NCBI GenBank assembly: GCA_977030845.1
Contig: OZ365113.1
Location: 37,944,001 to 38,008,000, forward strand
From: Fimbriosthenelais zetlandica
Taxonomy: Eukaryota
Direction: 5' to 3'
DNA: 64,000 nt
In this document: piece by piece, positions 13,838-25,675 of the stretch
Layout of the letters: every line of letters starts with the position of its first letter
Position numbering within the stretch: the first letter of the stretch is position 1
Notes under the pieces: generated by a model
What the model was told of the DNA's origin: nothing
Seen by the model: the letters and a program-made list of their open reading frames with translations, nothing else
Databases searched by the model: none
Position numbers and translations under genes: made by a program

Positions 13838-16441
13838 GCTAGTGGTCGTTGCGTGGAGTTGACTAATGGTGTAGGTTACCTGGGCCTACTACAGGTAGAG
13901 AAAGCTTACTTCACAGAGTACTGTCACCAGGTACGGCGTGTAGTCACTAACCTACGTGAGAAGTGTAGACCAGACCCAGCAGGCCTGGATGCTGACGACT
14001 GGTCCTGGTTCCAGAACTCACTCAGAGTCATACAAACATGTGGTACGTCTCTCTGTTTTTTAATATTAATTTTCCTATATTTTTTTTTTAATTGAAGATA
14101 TAGTGCAAAGTAGACAGTATATTCCAGGAACAGGTAGGTTCAGTCCAAACATGATGGTTTATATATATCTGAAAATCCTCAGCAGAAAATTGGGAATTAA
14201 AGCTACGAGATTCGAATGTATTTTTCTGTCTTGTAGTGTTTTTGAACTGGTTAGATTTAACTGTTCTATTGGGATATTCGGCACTGACTGTTGCAACGAC
14301 AAATTCTATTGCTCCTTTCACACTGGGAAGAACATGTTTTGGATGCACAAGTTCCTTTGCAAAAATATTTTCTGCTTTGGAATTTAAGAATCTTTATTTT
14401 GGATATTTGGTTCAAGTTTTCGCTTGTTATGCCTTTCAGGAGACTTGATCTTACACGTGGATGAGTTGGACCAGTCAGTGGTGAGTTCTATAGTGAGTTC
14501 AGTGGGTAAGTTCTGTCATCCTAGTTCTACCCCACTCTCACCCACACACAACCTCAAACATGCTCGCCAACCATTCCACGACTACGACAGACTTCTACTC
14601 TCATCCGAGGACGAGAGACGAGCCATAGCTGCCCTTATTACCAAACTAGAAGAAGGTACTTATACCCAGAATATATTTTTAAAATTAAAGAAAAATTAGA
14701 TCAGCCCTATCTCTGATTTGACCTGTTTCAATTTAATATAATCCATTCCCTTACAAAACATATGAACTATATTCTGTACTTATTACCAGAAATCGTCGAA
14801 AATCATAAATTTCATGATATATTTTATCATTCCAGGTGATGCACCCACTGTGTTGGAGGACACCAAGCAGCAGATGTGCTCATTGAGTGAAGCTGTACAT
14901 AGATTCTCCTTTGATATTGTCTTCGCTCCTCTCCAGAGCCAACTAGCAAATCTCAGCAATATGGAGGTACAGAATCACTTTTTATTCTTCTAATGCAAAA
15001 CTGATAGTGTGTATTTTTCTCCAGATTCAATTTTTTACTCAATCGTAAATCTTAACAATTTAAGTTCTTGTGATAAGAATCACCTATAAATTACTGTTGC
15101 TTATACTTTATAATAATTATACATTTTTTTCCAGATTTGGACCTCAGAAACAGGAGGAAGTGCCTTGACCGCTGACCTGCCTACATTCAGTTTATCTCCT
15201 CAAGAATACATCACCAAAGTAAGATCTAACACCTTCATGTGAACTGATACTTCAATGATCCTTCACTAAACAATAATATCAGTCTTCCATTTTAAAATTT
15301 TAAACCATGATATCACTTGGATTCCTTTCATATTAGATTAAATATTATATTAAATTATGAAGTTGTTGGTCTTGTTCATATTTTGAGCTTTGTTCATTTC
15401 CAGGTGGGCCAGTATCTGATGACTCTACCCCAGCAGTTAGAGCCGTTCACACTCCAGGATAACCCGACCCTGGCTGTGGCCGTGAAGCACGGCAAACTAC
15501 CGTACACCACGTCCTCTGGTGAGACTTTACTCAACTAACTCACACCTTACTCTGTACTCAACCCACTCACTCTGGGCCCTACTACTTCATTCTGGGCTCA
15601 ACTAAGTCATTCTGGGCCCAACTAAGTCATTCTGGACCCAACTAAGTCATTTTGGACCCAACTAAGTCATTCTGGGCCCAACTAAGTCATTTTGGACCCA
15701 ACTAAGTCATTCTGGGCCCAACTAAGTCATTCTGGACCCAACTAAGTCATTCTGGACCCAACTAAGTCATTCTGGGCCCAACTAAGTCATTCTGGACCCA
15801 ACTAAGTCACTCTTGGCTCACTTAAACTCTGGGCTCATCTAACTCACTCTGGGCCCATAGTAATGAATCATTATCATCAGCTGCACTGCCTATGTACCTA
15901 TAAATTACTCATAAGAGGTATTTTATCAAAACACCTGAGGTAAAATCTAAATAATCTAAACAAAAAAATAAAATTTCTTTAACATCTTTGTTTTTTAGAG
16001 GAGACGGAGCATCTTGCTGACGTTTGGTTAGAGTCGGTGGCTCGTGGCACCATGCATGTGTATAGTGAACAGATCCTCAAAATACTGGAGCTCACCCCTC
16101 ACGCTACCAGACAACTTATTACTGACATAGGTAAGTAAAGTACAATTCTTGTCCATCAACTTTCATAGATAGATAAGGAAGCATAAATTTTAGGGAGGCA
16201 TTAGTAAAGGAAAAATTCTGATAAAGCCATAAGAAAATGAATTAATGGCCAAAAAATGTTCTTTTTTTCAGATTACTTGTGTAATGTTTTAGACGACCTA
16301 GGTCTACCGGCATCTGAATCCCTGCGTAACATAACTACACTACTCCAGGCCACCCCATCACAGTACATGGAGACAGCGGAGAAGATGCCTCAAAGAATGG
16401 CCAGTGCTATAGCTGGCATGAGAAACTTAGCACTTATATAA
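13838..16441 (+). CDS. COG7: Conserved oligomeric Golgi complex subunit 7, C-terminal 350 aa (7 exons; 5' exons not found in window)
   Basis: Exons 13838-14042, 14440-14655, 14836-14966, 15135-15218, 15404-15518, 15999-16130, 16272-16441; all GT-AG and phase-consistent. The translation has COG7 motifs: [83 protein letters not shown] at 16855-16860. Confidence 0.95.
15571..15857 (+). repeat. 20-bp minisatellite in a COG7 intron
   Basis: Eleven near-perfect copies of TCTGG(G/A)CCCAACTAAGTCAT at 15591-15810, with degenerate copies on both sides. Confidence 0.97.
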
Positions 16442-17242
16442 CGTTATATTGTCATGTCTAATATTATATGGCTCCTACTCCTTATACTAATCTAAGGTAC
16501 ATTAGCTGCTTATTGAAATATATATCGTACGAGAAACTGTTTATTTTTTCAGAACAAACATTTTCTGAGTATACTTTTCTTTGGTTGACTGACTTAAAAG
16601 GTCCATGTTGAATTATTTGTTAAGGCAATGAGTATGTACTCGTTGGTTTGGGGAAATGTAGATAGTATATAATGAACTGTTTGTTGATACAAAAGGTCGC
16701 TTAGGGATAAGTTAATATGAGCTGCATATAGATTGAGGGTTACATTTATCAGATATGAAGGCATTCCATGGTTTTCACATGATATCAAGTTAAAAATATT
16801 ATTCGAAAGGTTGATATAATCATGTATGGTAACATTTACACAAAGGAAACACTAAATAAAATTTAGTATCTGAAACTCGTGTGTCCTTGGTATCCTACAT
16901 AACCTTAATCCCAGTTCCATACAATATCACGACCTGATACCCCTAACTTTTTTTTGAACAAGTTTGTCGGCATTTTTAAGATACAATCCAGAAAACTTAA
17001 ACCCTGGATTAAATATACATGTATTTATTTTGGCTTCAGACTACAATGTCCATTCAGATCCCAAGACTTAGTACAAAACAATCATATCACATTAATTTCC
17101 CATTAATTTATAAAAGGGACAATGACTAATTAATTCAATTAACTCCAGCACAATAGATGCAATGAATTTGAACTTTTAACAGAATCAGCTGAGAAATGAT
17201 TAATAATACTCAATTTATAACAAATGTTTTTACCAAAAATAT

Positions 17243-19897
17243 CTAAGTGGGTCCAACAAATGTTAGTTCCTGAACATATTCATTAAGGTGAGTGGAAGGA
17301 ATCATAACTTCAGTGAACTGGACACCATTCTGGACCTGGACTGGACCAGCCATGGGTACCTGGACCAGTCCTTGAGGTACAGGGGGTGGGAGGGTGACCT
17401 CATGGGTTTCTAACTCTCCATCTTGACCAGTCTGTGTTATGATAATGGTTTGACCAGGTAGGAACTGCATGGTGTGGGTCTCATTATACATTGCCACCTC
17501 CTCGTTCTCTCTCTGAACCGGAGCTTGTACTATAGTCTGTGGCTGGATAGCCATAGGTTCACTCTCAACAACTGAGGTGGACTCCTGAGGTACTATATTT
17601 TCCACTTCTTCCTCTCCCTCTTCCTCCTCCACTTCTTCCACCTCTTCATGAGTTTCTAAATCATTCTCCTCTTCATCCTCGCCTAAGACCAAGTTCTGCT
17701 GGACCAAATCAGCAACTCGGACCCGTTTCTCAGGAGGTGAACCCATCCCGTGTGATTTTAATTTGTGCTCCTTCAACTTGTCATATCTAGTGGTGGAGAA
17801 GTCACACTCGTTACAATGGTGTCTCTTATCATTGGAGTGTAGCAACATATGTCTTCTCATGTTTTTAATGAGAGAGAAACTCTGTCCACATATCTCACAT
17901 TGGTGTGGTTTTTCCCTAGTATGGGTCAGGATATGGTATTTGAGATTTTGTCTTTTTGTAGCTTGGAAGCGGCAATTGGAGAAGGAGCACCTATAGGTTT
18001 GGCCTGTATGTATTAGCTTGTGAGCTTTCAGCTGGCATTTATGTGCCGTGGCATAACCACACTCGTCACATAAATGGTCCTTTCTGTTGCTGTGTACGAT
18101 CATGTGGCTTTTTAGTGCATGTTTCCATTTAAAACCAGTACTGCAGACTTCACAAACGAAAGGTTTGTCATCCGAGTGTTTAGGTAAATGGATGTTGAGT
18201 TGGGTTCTCGATTTAAATCGACAGTCACAGACGGGGCAGAAATAGGGCAGGGGACCCTTGTGTTTGCCAAAGTGTTCTGTCAAATCATCTTTATTCTCAA
18301 ATTTCTCTTCGCAGTAGTAACAGATGTTATTTTCCATCTTGTGGAGTCGCTTGTGGCTTGTAAATTCACGTACTTTATTTGTTCTAAAATCGCACTCACT
18401 ACATGAGAATCTATAGTGCGCTTTTCTGTTTTTCCGTGGCACTGGTCGTTTTGCTTTTCGTAAAGGTTTTCTTGCTTCGAGTTTTGGCTCAGGATCAGGA
18501 TCGTGGCCAGTATATAGGATCAGTTCCTTCAGCTGTTCATCTGATTCCAGGTTCTCCTCTTTGATTTCAATGCCCTCTAATACAGTTTCACTTTCCCCTG
18601 TTTTAGGATCATCTCCAACCAGATAAATTCTTTCTTCGCGAGGAACTAGTTTAGATTTGCGAGGGCTTTTTCTAGGGGAGTCTTCTGTAGAGTCTTCTTT
18701 GGTAGCAGGAGCATCTTCTTCCAGTTTTTCGTCTGTAGTAACAACCTGTCTAACTTTTAATGGACCACCTTTCAGTGGTGATGTAGCTGTTCGCTTCAGA
18801 GCAAGAATTTTGGGGGTGGGTTTAGGACGTCTACCACTTCTTCTTCTTGGGTTATTAATTCCATCCAGTTCTTCATTTTCAGTTTCAACAACCACGCCTA
18901 TATTATCTCCACACTCAACCACTGTAAAATTCTCCAGATGATTATTTTCATTAGCACCTCGTTTTTCTTCAGGGTCAAGAGAAACTTTTTCTTTCTCATT
19001 TTCCTCATCTTCACAGGAGAGACTACCGGTACCCTTTGTGTGTGGAAGAAGTCGAACTGATGCTGATTTTTGTGAACTTCGTGTAATTTCAAGAACAATT
19101 TCAGTATCTTCCCCAACATGTGCAGATTTTCTCCGACCGATCCTACCACTGTCTTGGGCCTTTACTTTTTCTGGAAAGTCTTTGGCTAGGGTCTGTGTTT
19201 TACTTTCTCTGGTTTTCTTTGGAGATGGGGGCGATATGCCCAATAAGTTTGGGGTCACTTGTGTGGCTACTGAAACAAGTCGTCCATGTTTAAACAGTTT
19301 CCTGGGTAGACCTGCTACAGTCCCAGGAGCAACCATAGGTCGGGTTGAGTCTGGCAGGACATTTGGATGACCATTTGTCTTTGATGTCGTATTCGGGGCG
19401 TCTGCTTCTGTAGAGACGCCAGCGTCCGTCGTGCCCCCTGGTGACTCCGTGTCCTGGGCGAGGGAGGAATCATTGCGGTTCACAACAAAATCTTCACAGT
19501 ATTTTACCACTCGCTTAATTTGCATTATTCGTGCAAGTTCCGATATATGAGTAACAGATTCAGAATTGATTTCTATTTCCCCAGTGTATAAAAAGTTAAT
19601 AATTGTTTCAACAGCATCCTTGTAAGTGGAATTCGCGTCGCTCCCTTCTATCTGTATCTCGATCATCTGCGGGGATCGTTGCGAAAAATGTCGAGGCGAG
19701 TCCAGGGTGAGAAAATGGTTGAAATACGGACTTGCAGCAGCGAGTACAGGAGAATGGAGGTGTAACTCACACCCACATACTTTCATTACAACATCGCAGA
19801 AAGTCTTGTTATGTCTCTGAGTGCACAGACCCTTTAAAATTTCACTGTAATAATCTTTTTCGCAAAAGGAAGACTCCCTATGGATGAGCGCCGCCAT
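17243..19897 (-). CDS. BTB/POZ plus 8 C2H2 zinc-finger transcription factor (ZBTB family), single exon, about 884 aa
   Basis: Uninterrupted ORF. N-terminal BTB domain (FCDVVMKVCGCELHLHSPVLAAASPYF...IINFLYTGEIEI), eight C2H2 fingers at about 17750-18403 with TREKPHQC-type linkers, and an acidic Gln/Val-rich tail. Likely start is AAGATGGCG at 19897 (Met33 of the listed ORF). Minus-strand AATAAA at 17024-17029. Confidence 0.93.
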   Translation of the reverse strand: MAALIHRESSFCEKDYYSEILKGLCTQRHNKTFCDVVMKVCGCELHLHSPVLAAASPYFNHFLTLDSPRHFSQRSPQMIEIQIEGSDANSTYKDAVETIINFLYTGEIEINSESVTHISELARIMQIKRVVKYCEDFVVNRNDSSLAQDTESPGGTTDAGVSTEADAPNTTSKTNGHPNVLPDSTRPMVAPGTVAGLPRKLFKHGRLVSVATQVTPNLLGISPPSPKKTRESKTQTLAKDFPEKVKAQDSGRIGRRKSAHVGEDTEIVLEITRSSQKSASVRLLPHTKGTGSLSCEDEENEKEKVSLDPEEKRGANENNHLENFTVVECGDNIGVVVETENEELDGINNPRRRSGRRPKPTPKILALKRTATSPLKGGPLKVRQVVTTDEKLEEDAPATKEDSTEDSPRKSPRKSKLVPREERIYLVGDDPKTGESETVLEGIEIKEENLESDEQLKELILYTGHDPDPEPKLEARKPLRKAKRPVPRKNRKAHYRFSCSECDFRTNKVREFTSHKRLHKMENNICYYCEEKFENKDDLTEHFGKHKGPLPYFCPVCDCRFKSRTQLNIHLPKHSDDKPFVCEVCSTGFKWKHALKSHMIVHSNRKDHLCDECGYATAHKCQLKAHKLIHTGQTYRCSFSNCRFQATKRQNLKYHILTHTREKPHQCEICGQSFSLIKNMRRHMLLHSNDKRHHCNECDFSTTRYDKLKEHKLKSHGMGSPPEKRVRVADLVQQNLVLGEDEEENDLETHEEVEEVEEEEGEEEVENIVPQESTSVVESEPMAIQPQTIVQAPVQRENEEVAMYNETHTMQFLPGQTIIITQTGQDGELETHEVTLPPPVPQGLVQVPMAGPVQVQNGVQFTEVMIPSTHLNEYVQELTFVGPT

Positions 19898-20228
19898 CTT
19901 GAATGCGGTGAATGAGCAGGTGCGTTCTGATTGGTCGAAAATACAATTCCAAATATCATTTATAAAAATTGATACAATGCAACTTGTGGCCAAATTCCAC
20001 TAAATAGTTCGATAAAGGGCTTGGAAAACTTGTAATTAAAATTTTATGTGCATTTTGTTAGTGGAGAATTTTTACCAATACCCACCTGGCAATAATTCAC
20101 CTCGGCCTAGTGCAATGGCCTCCAATTTTGATATTTCCTCCTGAGAACCTTAGATTTTCCGGCCTAAGTGACAAATTCATGGAATATTCACCTTTAGTGA
20201 AGCATGCACCCATGTCACTTCGTGAAAC
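19898..20228. promoter_or_regulatory. Bidirectional promoter shared by the ZBTB and SNX21 genes
   Basis: Divergent start codons only 331 bp apart; CCAAT box (CTGATTGGTC, 19928-19937); YY1-like AAGATGGCGG over the ZBTB start. Confidence 0.75.
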
Positions 20229-21696
20229 ATGGCCTCTAGGTTTAAAAGGATAAGTGGGAACTTAAATATCGACGATTCCTTGACGTCGGAAGGTGCGGAC
20301 AGTGAGTTGAGTTTAGCAGATGACACTGACGAGTTTTCGGAGTCCTTCAGCGGGACGTTGACCATTAGCCTCTCACAGAGTTTTCACGATGAAAATAGCA
20401 AGAGACGGCTGCTGAGACAAGGTGGGACACATTTATGGTCGAATACATATAATTCACATTTTGCTTTAACTTAAATATGCTCTAGACTAGTCTCTCGACT
20501 TAATTAAAAACCTGCTGAGGACACGCCCCTGGACACGCCCAGCAAACTCGAGCCCTAACCGGCCTACCCCTGGCCTAAGCCGGCTAGGGCTTGAGTAGGC
20601 TAGCCTAGGGCTAGGCTTATACATTTTGTTACTGTATTGAGACTCATCACTCCCATAGCTCCTGTAGACTGGGACTGTTAAAGCAATATTGATCAATGAT
20701 ATGCTGCCAATAAATAATTTGTACTAATTTTTGAGACCTTCATTTCGTTTTTAGGTTTCTCAGACGACAGCGCTGATGGCATAGCAATTCCTTTCACATC
20801 GGCGGATGAGCCAGAGAGTAAACCTCTTCCTGCAAGAGTCTGCTTTGAAATAGTGAACGCAAAAATAGTCAAGGAAGGACGCAATAAATATGTTGTAAGT
20901 GGTGTTTCCAATGTTTTTCTTTAATTTTAATTACGTCCATTTGAATTACTTTCCAATTTCCCCAGTTTAGTTTTCAGTAGTATAAAATTATACCTTGTCA
21001 TTTGATGAAAAATTTCCATTTCAGCTTTATTCCATATTGGTGACAAGACCAGGAGTGGATCCTTCGCAAGCCGTCATTGACAGAAGGTACTCTGATTTCG
21101 ACCACCTTCATACATCATTAAAGAAATTATACCCCAACCTCATGACCGACATCAGTTTCCCCACGAAGAAAGTCACTGGGAATTTCAAGGCCGAAACCAT
21201 CGCCCAACGAAGCCGAGCCTTTGAACAGTACCTAACCCACGTCCATTCCATCGATATTCTAAGGCTTTCTCCAGAGTTTGCCAGTTTTTTCTACGAGAAT
21301 GATCTGGATAAAGCTTATAAGCACCTTCAGGAGGGTCGGTATAAAGACTGCATCCCTATCCTCAAGTCTGCTGCTCTCATGCAGCAAAAACTGTTAGGGG
21401 ATAAAAACCCAAATGTGATCAGTACCCTATGTTCAATCGTAGCAGTGGCTGGTGTAGCTGAACAGGACAAACTGGCCCAAGCCTTTGCCGAGGTGGCCAT
21501 CCAGTACATTGGAGATGATGGGGAGAATGAGTACTTGATTCCATTACTTCAAACAAGTATCAGGCTTTGTTGGAAACTTGGCAAAGATAAGAAAGACTTA
21601 GAAGCCAAACTGCAGCATTTAAGAGATGCTGGGATGCAGACAGACAATGCTCCCCTGCTCTTAGACCTTGTGATGACGCGGAACCGCCGACGCTAG
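20229..21696 (+). CDS. SNX21: Sorting nexin 21-like (SNX20/21 family, PX plus PXB/TPR-like domain), 334 aa, 3 exons
   Basis: Exons 20229-20421, 20755-20894, 21025-21696, phase-consistent. PX motifs FEIVNAKIVK, IDRRYSDFDHLH, FPTKKVTGNFKAETIAQRSRAFEQYL; C-terminal RLCWKLGKDKKDLEAKLQ. The N-terminal MASRF...SGTL segment resembles SNX21. Confidence 0.9.
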
Positions 21697-24600
21697 TTTC
21701 TTACTCTCATATCAAAGCATTTCTACATGAGGGGATTACCATGATAAAGATTTCCATCCAAATTCTCCTCATCGTTCCAGATATGAGATTATTTCGGAGG
21801 CATAATTCTTCCATGAATAGGAAAAGAACTAAATCTAGAATTCTGAATAATTCCTCGCCAACTGCCAATTTATCAAAGTACAGAATATCAGAATATTCCA
21901 TTGAAAAGGACCCGGCATTTATTTTGCTTTTGAGATTATGATCTTAGTTTTTCACTGTGTTTAAAAGTACATTTATATCCGCCTTTTGGTTCATAGTTCG
22001 CACAACATTTTCTATCTATTTTTCAGCAATTTATGAAGTAAGGGAATACTGGAAAATCACATTGTCACTCATCTACCAACCATGTTACTGACCAAACATT
22101 TCTTCAGGTAATTGAGTATACTACAGGGTCTATAAAATGGTCAAGTTACCTGAGCATCTAGCCTCACAGCAATATTATGAAGCTTATCGAATAATGAAAA
22201 GCAATAACCAACCAATACACATAGGCCTACTAAATTATTTACCATAATTATTTACGGTACCTATTATTTCACTGAAATATATGAGGACCAACTTCATTGT
22301 AAAAGGTGCTGATACATTCAAGCCTGAATGTCAAGATTCTAAAATCAAACCCTAAGGAATTTTTATCACCAGACCTTAATATATCCTATGTTTCATTCAT
22401 GTAATTTTCGGACAGAATCCTGTCCTTGATCTAGCATTGATTTCCTTTCAATATAGAGCATCACAGTGCAAGGCTTATACTCAAAATTCAGGTTGGAATA
22501 GCTACGCCCGTTGTGCTAAATTAGAATACAATAAACCGTCCAAGTTAGATTGTTTTTATCCATAGCCTCAACCAAGTGATGAATTATCTGATTGTCTGTA
22601 TGTATACCTTTACTAGAGGCGATTATTCTAATACTGCTTACTTATGATGTATAGTTATTATTGCATCACATTATCTACATTGATTTAAGGTAGACTTTAC
22701 TTGCTTCCTCGAATTAAGGTGCAATACTTTCTAGCTAGACTGAGCTTCCACACTTTGAATTAATAATGTGGACAATCAATTATGTTATATATCACTTGTG
22801 CAACATTTATTGATTACTTTATTATTAGTGGATCTATCTCTGCCCTCCGTATTCTGGAAGGCTCTGTTGACTTTCCAAAGTTCTGTCCTTTGATTATATT
22901 TCCAATAAGTTTTCCCCCAAAGTATTTGGTGGATATATTTGATTGTCTATCTGTTATCTAACATGTTGGATATGCACAGACGTTATTGTTTAACTATTAG
23001 AGATCTGTCTAAAATGTTATGTGCAGTTTTTCTCAGCTGAGCCCGGAAGGGACTGACGAATGGTTAGTCATATTGACGGTAAATGCTAATAGTTTGGTTG
23101 ATCTATGAATGGTATGGGTTTACATGAAATCATCCTCCATATGATCTGAATAAACAGTATAATTATCTAATTGAAAGTTTAACATTTAGTAATGATTTTC
23201 ACTGGGGCCCTCAGTTGGTTATTATAATTACACATAATGAAGCTATTTTACTAAGATTTTTTACAGCTATAATAATGGAAGGATATTTCTTGTTTCATTT
23301 TGGATCCTGCAGAGAATATATTACAATGTACTGTATTACAAGTGGACAGTTAGAAACCCGAAAAATATAGGGACTGGAAAAAAAGAGTAAGATTGACACT
23401 CAACATTGGCATTCAAACGGTTTTATTTATAAATCTGCATGTTACATGATCCACCTCCTATGCTCCCTTGATCACAATAGTCTGGCTCATTTTTTTTTTA
23501 ATTTCCCCCAGTTTTATCAGTAACAGCCCGCGTTAAGTTAACGCTCAAAACGGCGTTATAACTCAAAGACATCTTCCACTGGGCCTTCAGTAGTTTACAG
23601 TTACCCATAAATGAAGCTATGGCTATTTTACTAAGATCTTCTTTCAACTAGACTGAATTCACCCCCTTCTCCATGGATACAATAGGTCTTCTGCACCGGC
23701 CTTCTTGGGATACCTTTATGATTGGGGAATATTATACTACACCATCATGTTCTGTTTAAACGCCCTTGGAGAAATAGGGATAAATAAGATACTATGATCT
23801 ACAACCCCCGTTGCAGTATATATACATTACAATATCACAAAGACACGGGTCTGAAGACAGAACAATGCTAACTGTGTGTCTCAATACAGCATCGTCTTAT
23901 ATATGCCACTTACCCACCTCATACTACTTGTCTCGATTTGAAAGTAATGCAAAATCAACCATGTTTCAAGCCTGAAATGATTTCTCCACCTTAAGAAAAA
24001 AAGTTTGCAGCCTGAAGCACAGTGAAAAGCAATGGAACAACTTATAAAAATAGAGTGGACCAAGTGTCAGCAAATCTTTTCCAGATGCCGAATGTTTCTT
24101 CCCCAATAGGATAACCCTGTAGAATCTCACTTGAATAATGTGCATAGCTGGAATAACAAATATAGTCATTGTGCTCTCAAATAATGGACGCACATGTAGG
24201 TTTCATTGCTTCAAAATTTTTAAAAAAAACTGAAAGAAATTATACTAAACTTGTCCCTGAACTTCTAAACTAGCTGCGGGGAAATGGTTATGAGCAAATC
24301 AGGCAACTCTCACTGGGGATTTTACCTCTTCATATTTCTAAATTAGTTAGAAAATTTACTGAAATGATTATTTGGAGATCATTGGTTTTGAGGATATTTT
24401 CAGTATGAACATAATTTCTCTGGTCCCACTTCAAAGCACCTAGTAGAGAAAAGTCACTTTAAGTTATATATTATAACACTACGCACCTATCCAATCTCAA
24501 AGGTCAACCTAGAACCACTTCACCACACAATGAACCAAAAATCTACTCTTTCAATTTCAATCAAAATACAGAATCCTGTCCATCGTCCTTATCTATAGTC

Positions 24601-25655
24601 AACCCCAATAGACCTTATTATTTTTTGTGATATAATTATGAGATTTTGTTTAAAATATTTTTTTTTCAAGACAACATACGTCACCTTAAACGGGCCCCTT
24701 TAAACTGAATACCCTCCAATGACGTTCATATTGACAAAACACGAAATAGTTTAAAGAAAACAAATTAAAAAAAAGGCTGTAGATAGAAATGGGCTTCATA
24801 TATATAAATGATAACACACGCCGCTTGGGCATCCACTCCTCTCCTCATATTTGGGTAGCAAAATAGGGGCAAAACCGTCTAAATGGCCTACAATAGAAGA
24901 GAGAGACGGGCTCCCGAGCAAGAGCAACAACTCCACTACATTAGCACCACAGTGAGGCCAAGGCGATTTGAACAAGGGCACAATTTACTATAGGTTGTTT
25001 TAAAGCATATTCCTAGTTATCACAAACAATATGTAAGGGATCAATTCTTTCTTCTTCTAGTAGGTGTTAAATGTTTAAAAGGCCAAGAGGATGGGTGAAA
25101 GTGTGGTAGGAAATATTATTAAAATTCAGATAATTAATACTTTCGGTTTCTATTAAGGGACATGCGTTAAGGTGGGTAGGTAGAACAGGACCAGCAAAAG
25201 TTCTATTTGACGGGAGAATAGTAAGGAGGTAAATCAAAATAGTTAAATGAAGAATATCCAACCATCACAATTACAGTTATACAAGCAATCACTAGGCACT
25301 CAAACTGGAAATCTAACCGTCATATCGTTCATATCAAGAGTAGGACTGTACCTTTTTACCATCTTTGGTATGCGCTCACGCACTTTCCCCTCCCCTCGCC
25401 CCAAATTCATAAAGGTTAATCAAATATTTTCATAGCAGTGGCAAACACTTTTCTTCTATCCTAATTTTAAACCTTTTAGTTTAGACTTGACTCTTAATGT
25501 ATGAATGACAAGTGGTTTTACGCCATGCCAGCTTCTAGGGCTATATTGACGACTTTATAAATTCCATATTATTTTATGAAAGTGACCATATTTCCCTTCA
25601 GTATCTATCAGCCTATTCTGAAATCACATCACAAGTTAAGGCGCGACCAAAAGCC

Positions 25656-25675
25656 GGGAAACCGAAACTGAAAGT
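25656..25675 (+). promoter_or_regulatory. ISRE / IRF-binding element with three GAAA cores
   Basis: GGGAAACCGAAACTGAAAGT = GAAA-NN-GAAA-NN-GAAA; a second partial element AAACTGAAAGT lies at 25725-25735. Motif match only. Confidence 0.6.

Noticed and set aside
15591-15810. Regular 20-bp repeats as a CRISPR array
   Set aside because: Units are contiguous with no unique spacers, inside a eukaryotic intron; this is a minisatellite.
19898-19993. Upstream ATG at 19993 as the ZBTB start (916 aa)
   Set aside because: The extra 32 codons overlap the CCAAT box and shared promoter; the ATG at 19897 has the typical AAGATGGCG context just before the BTB domain.
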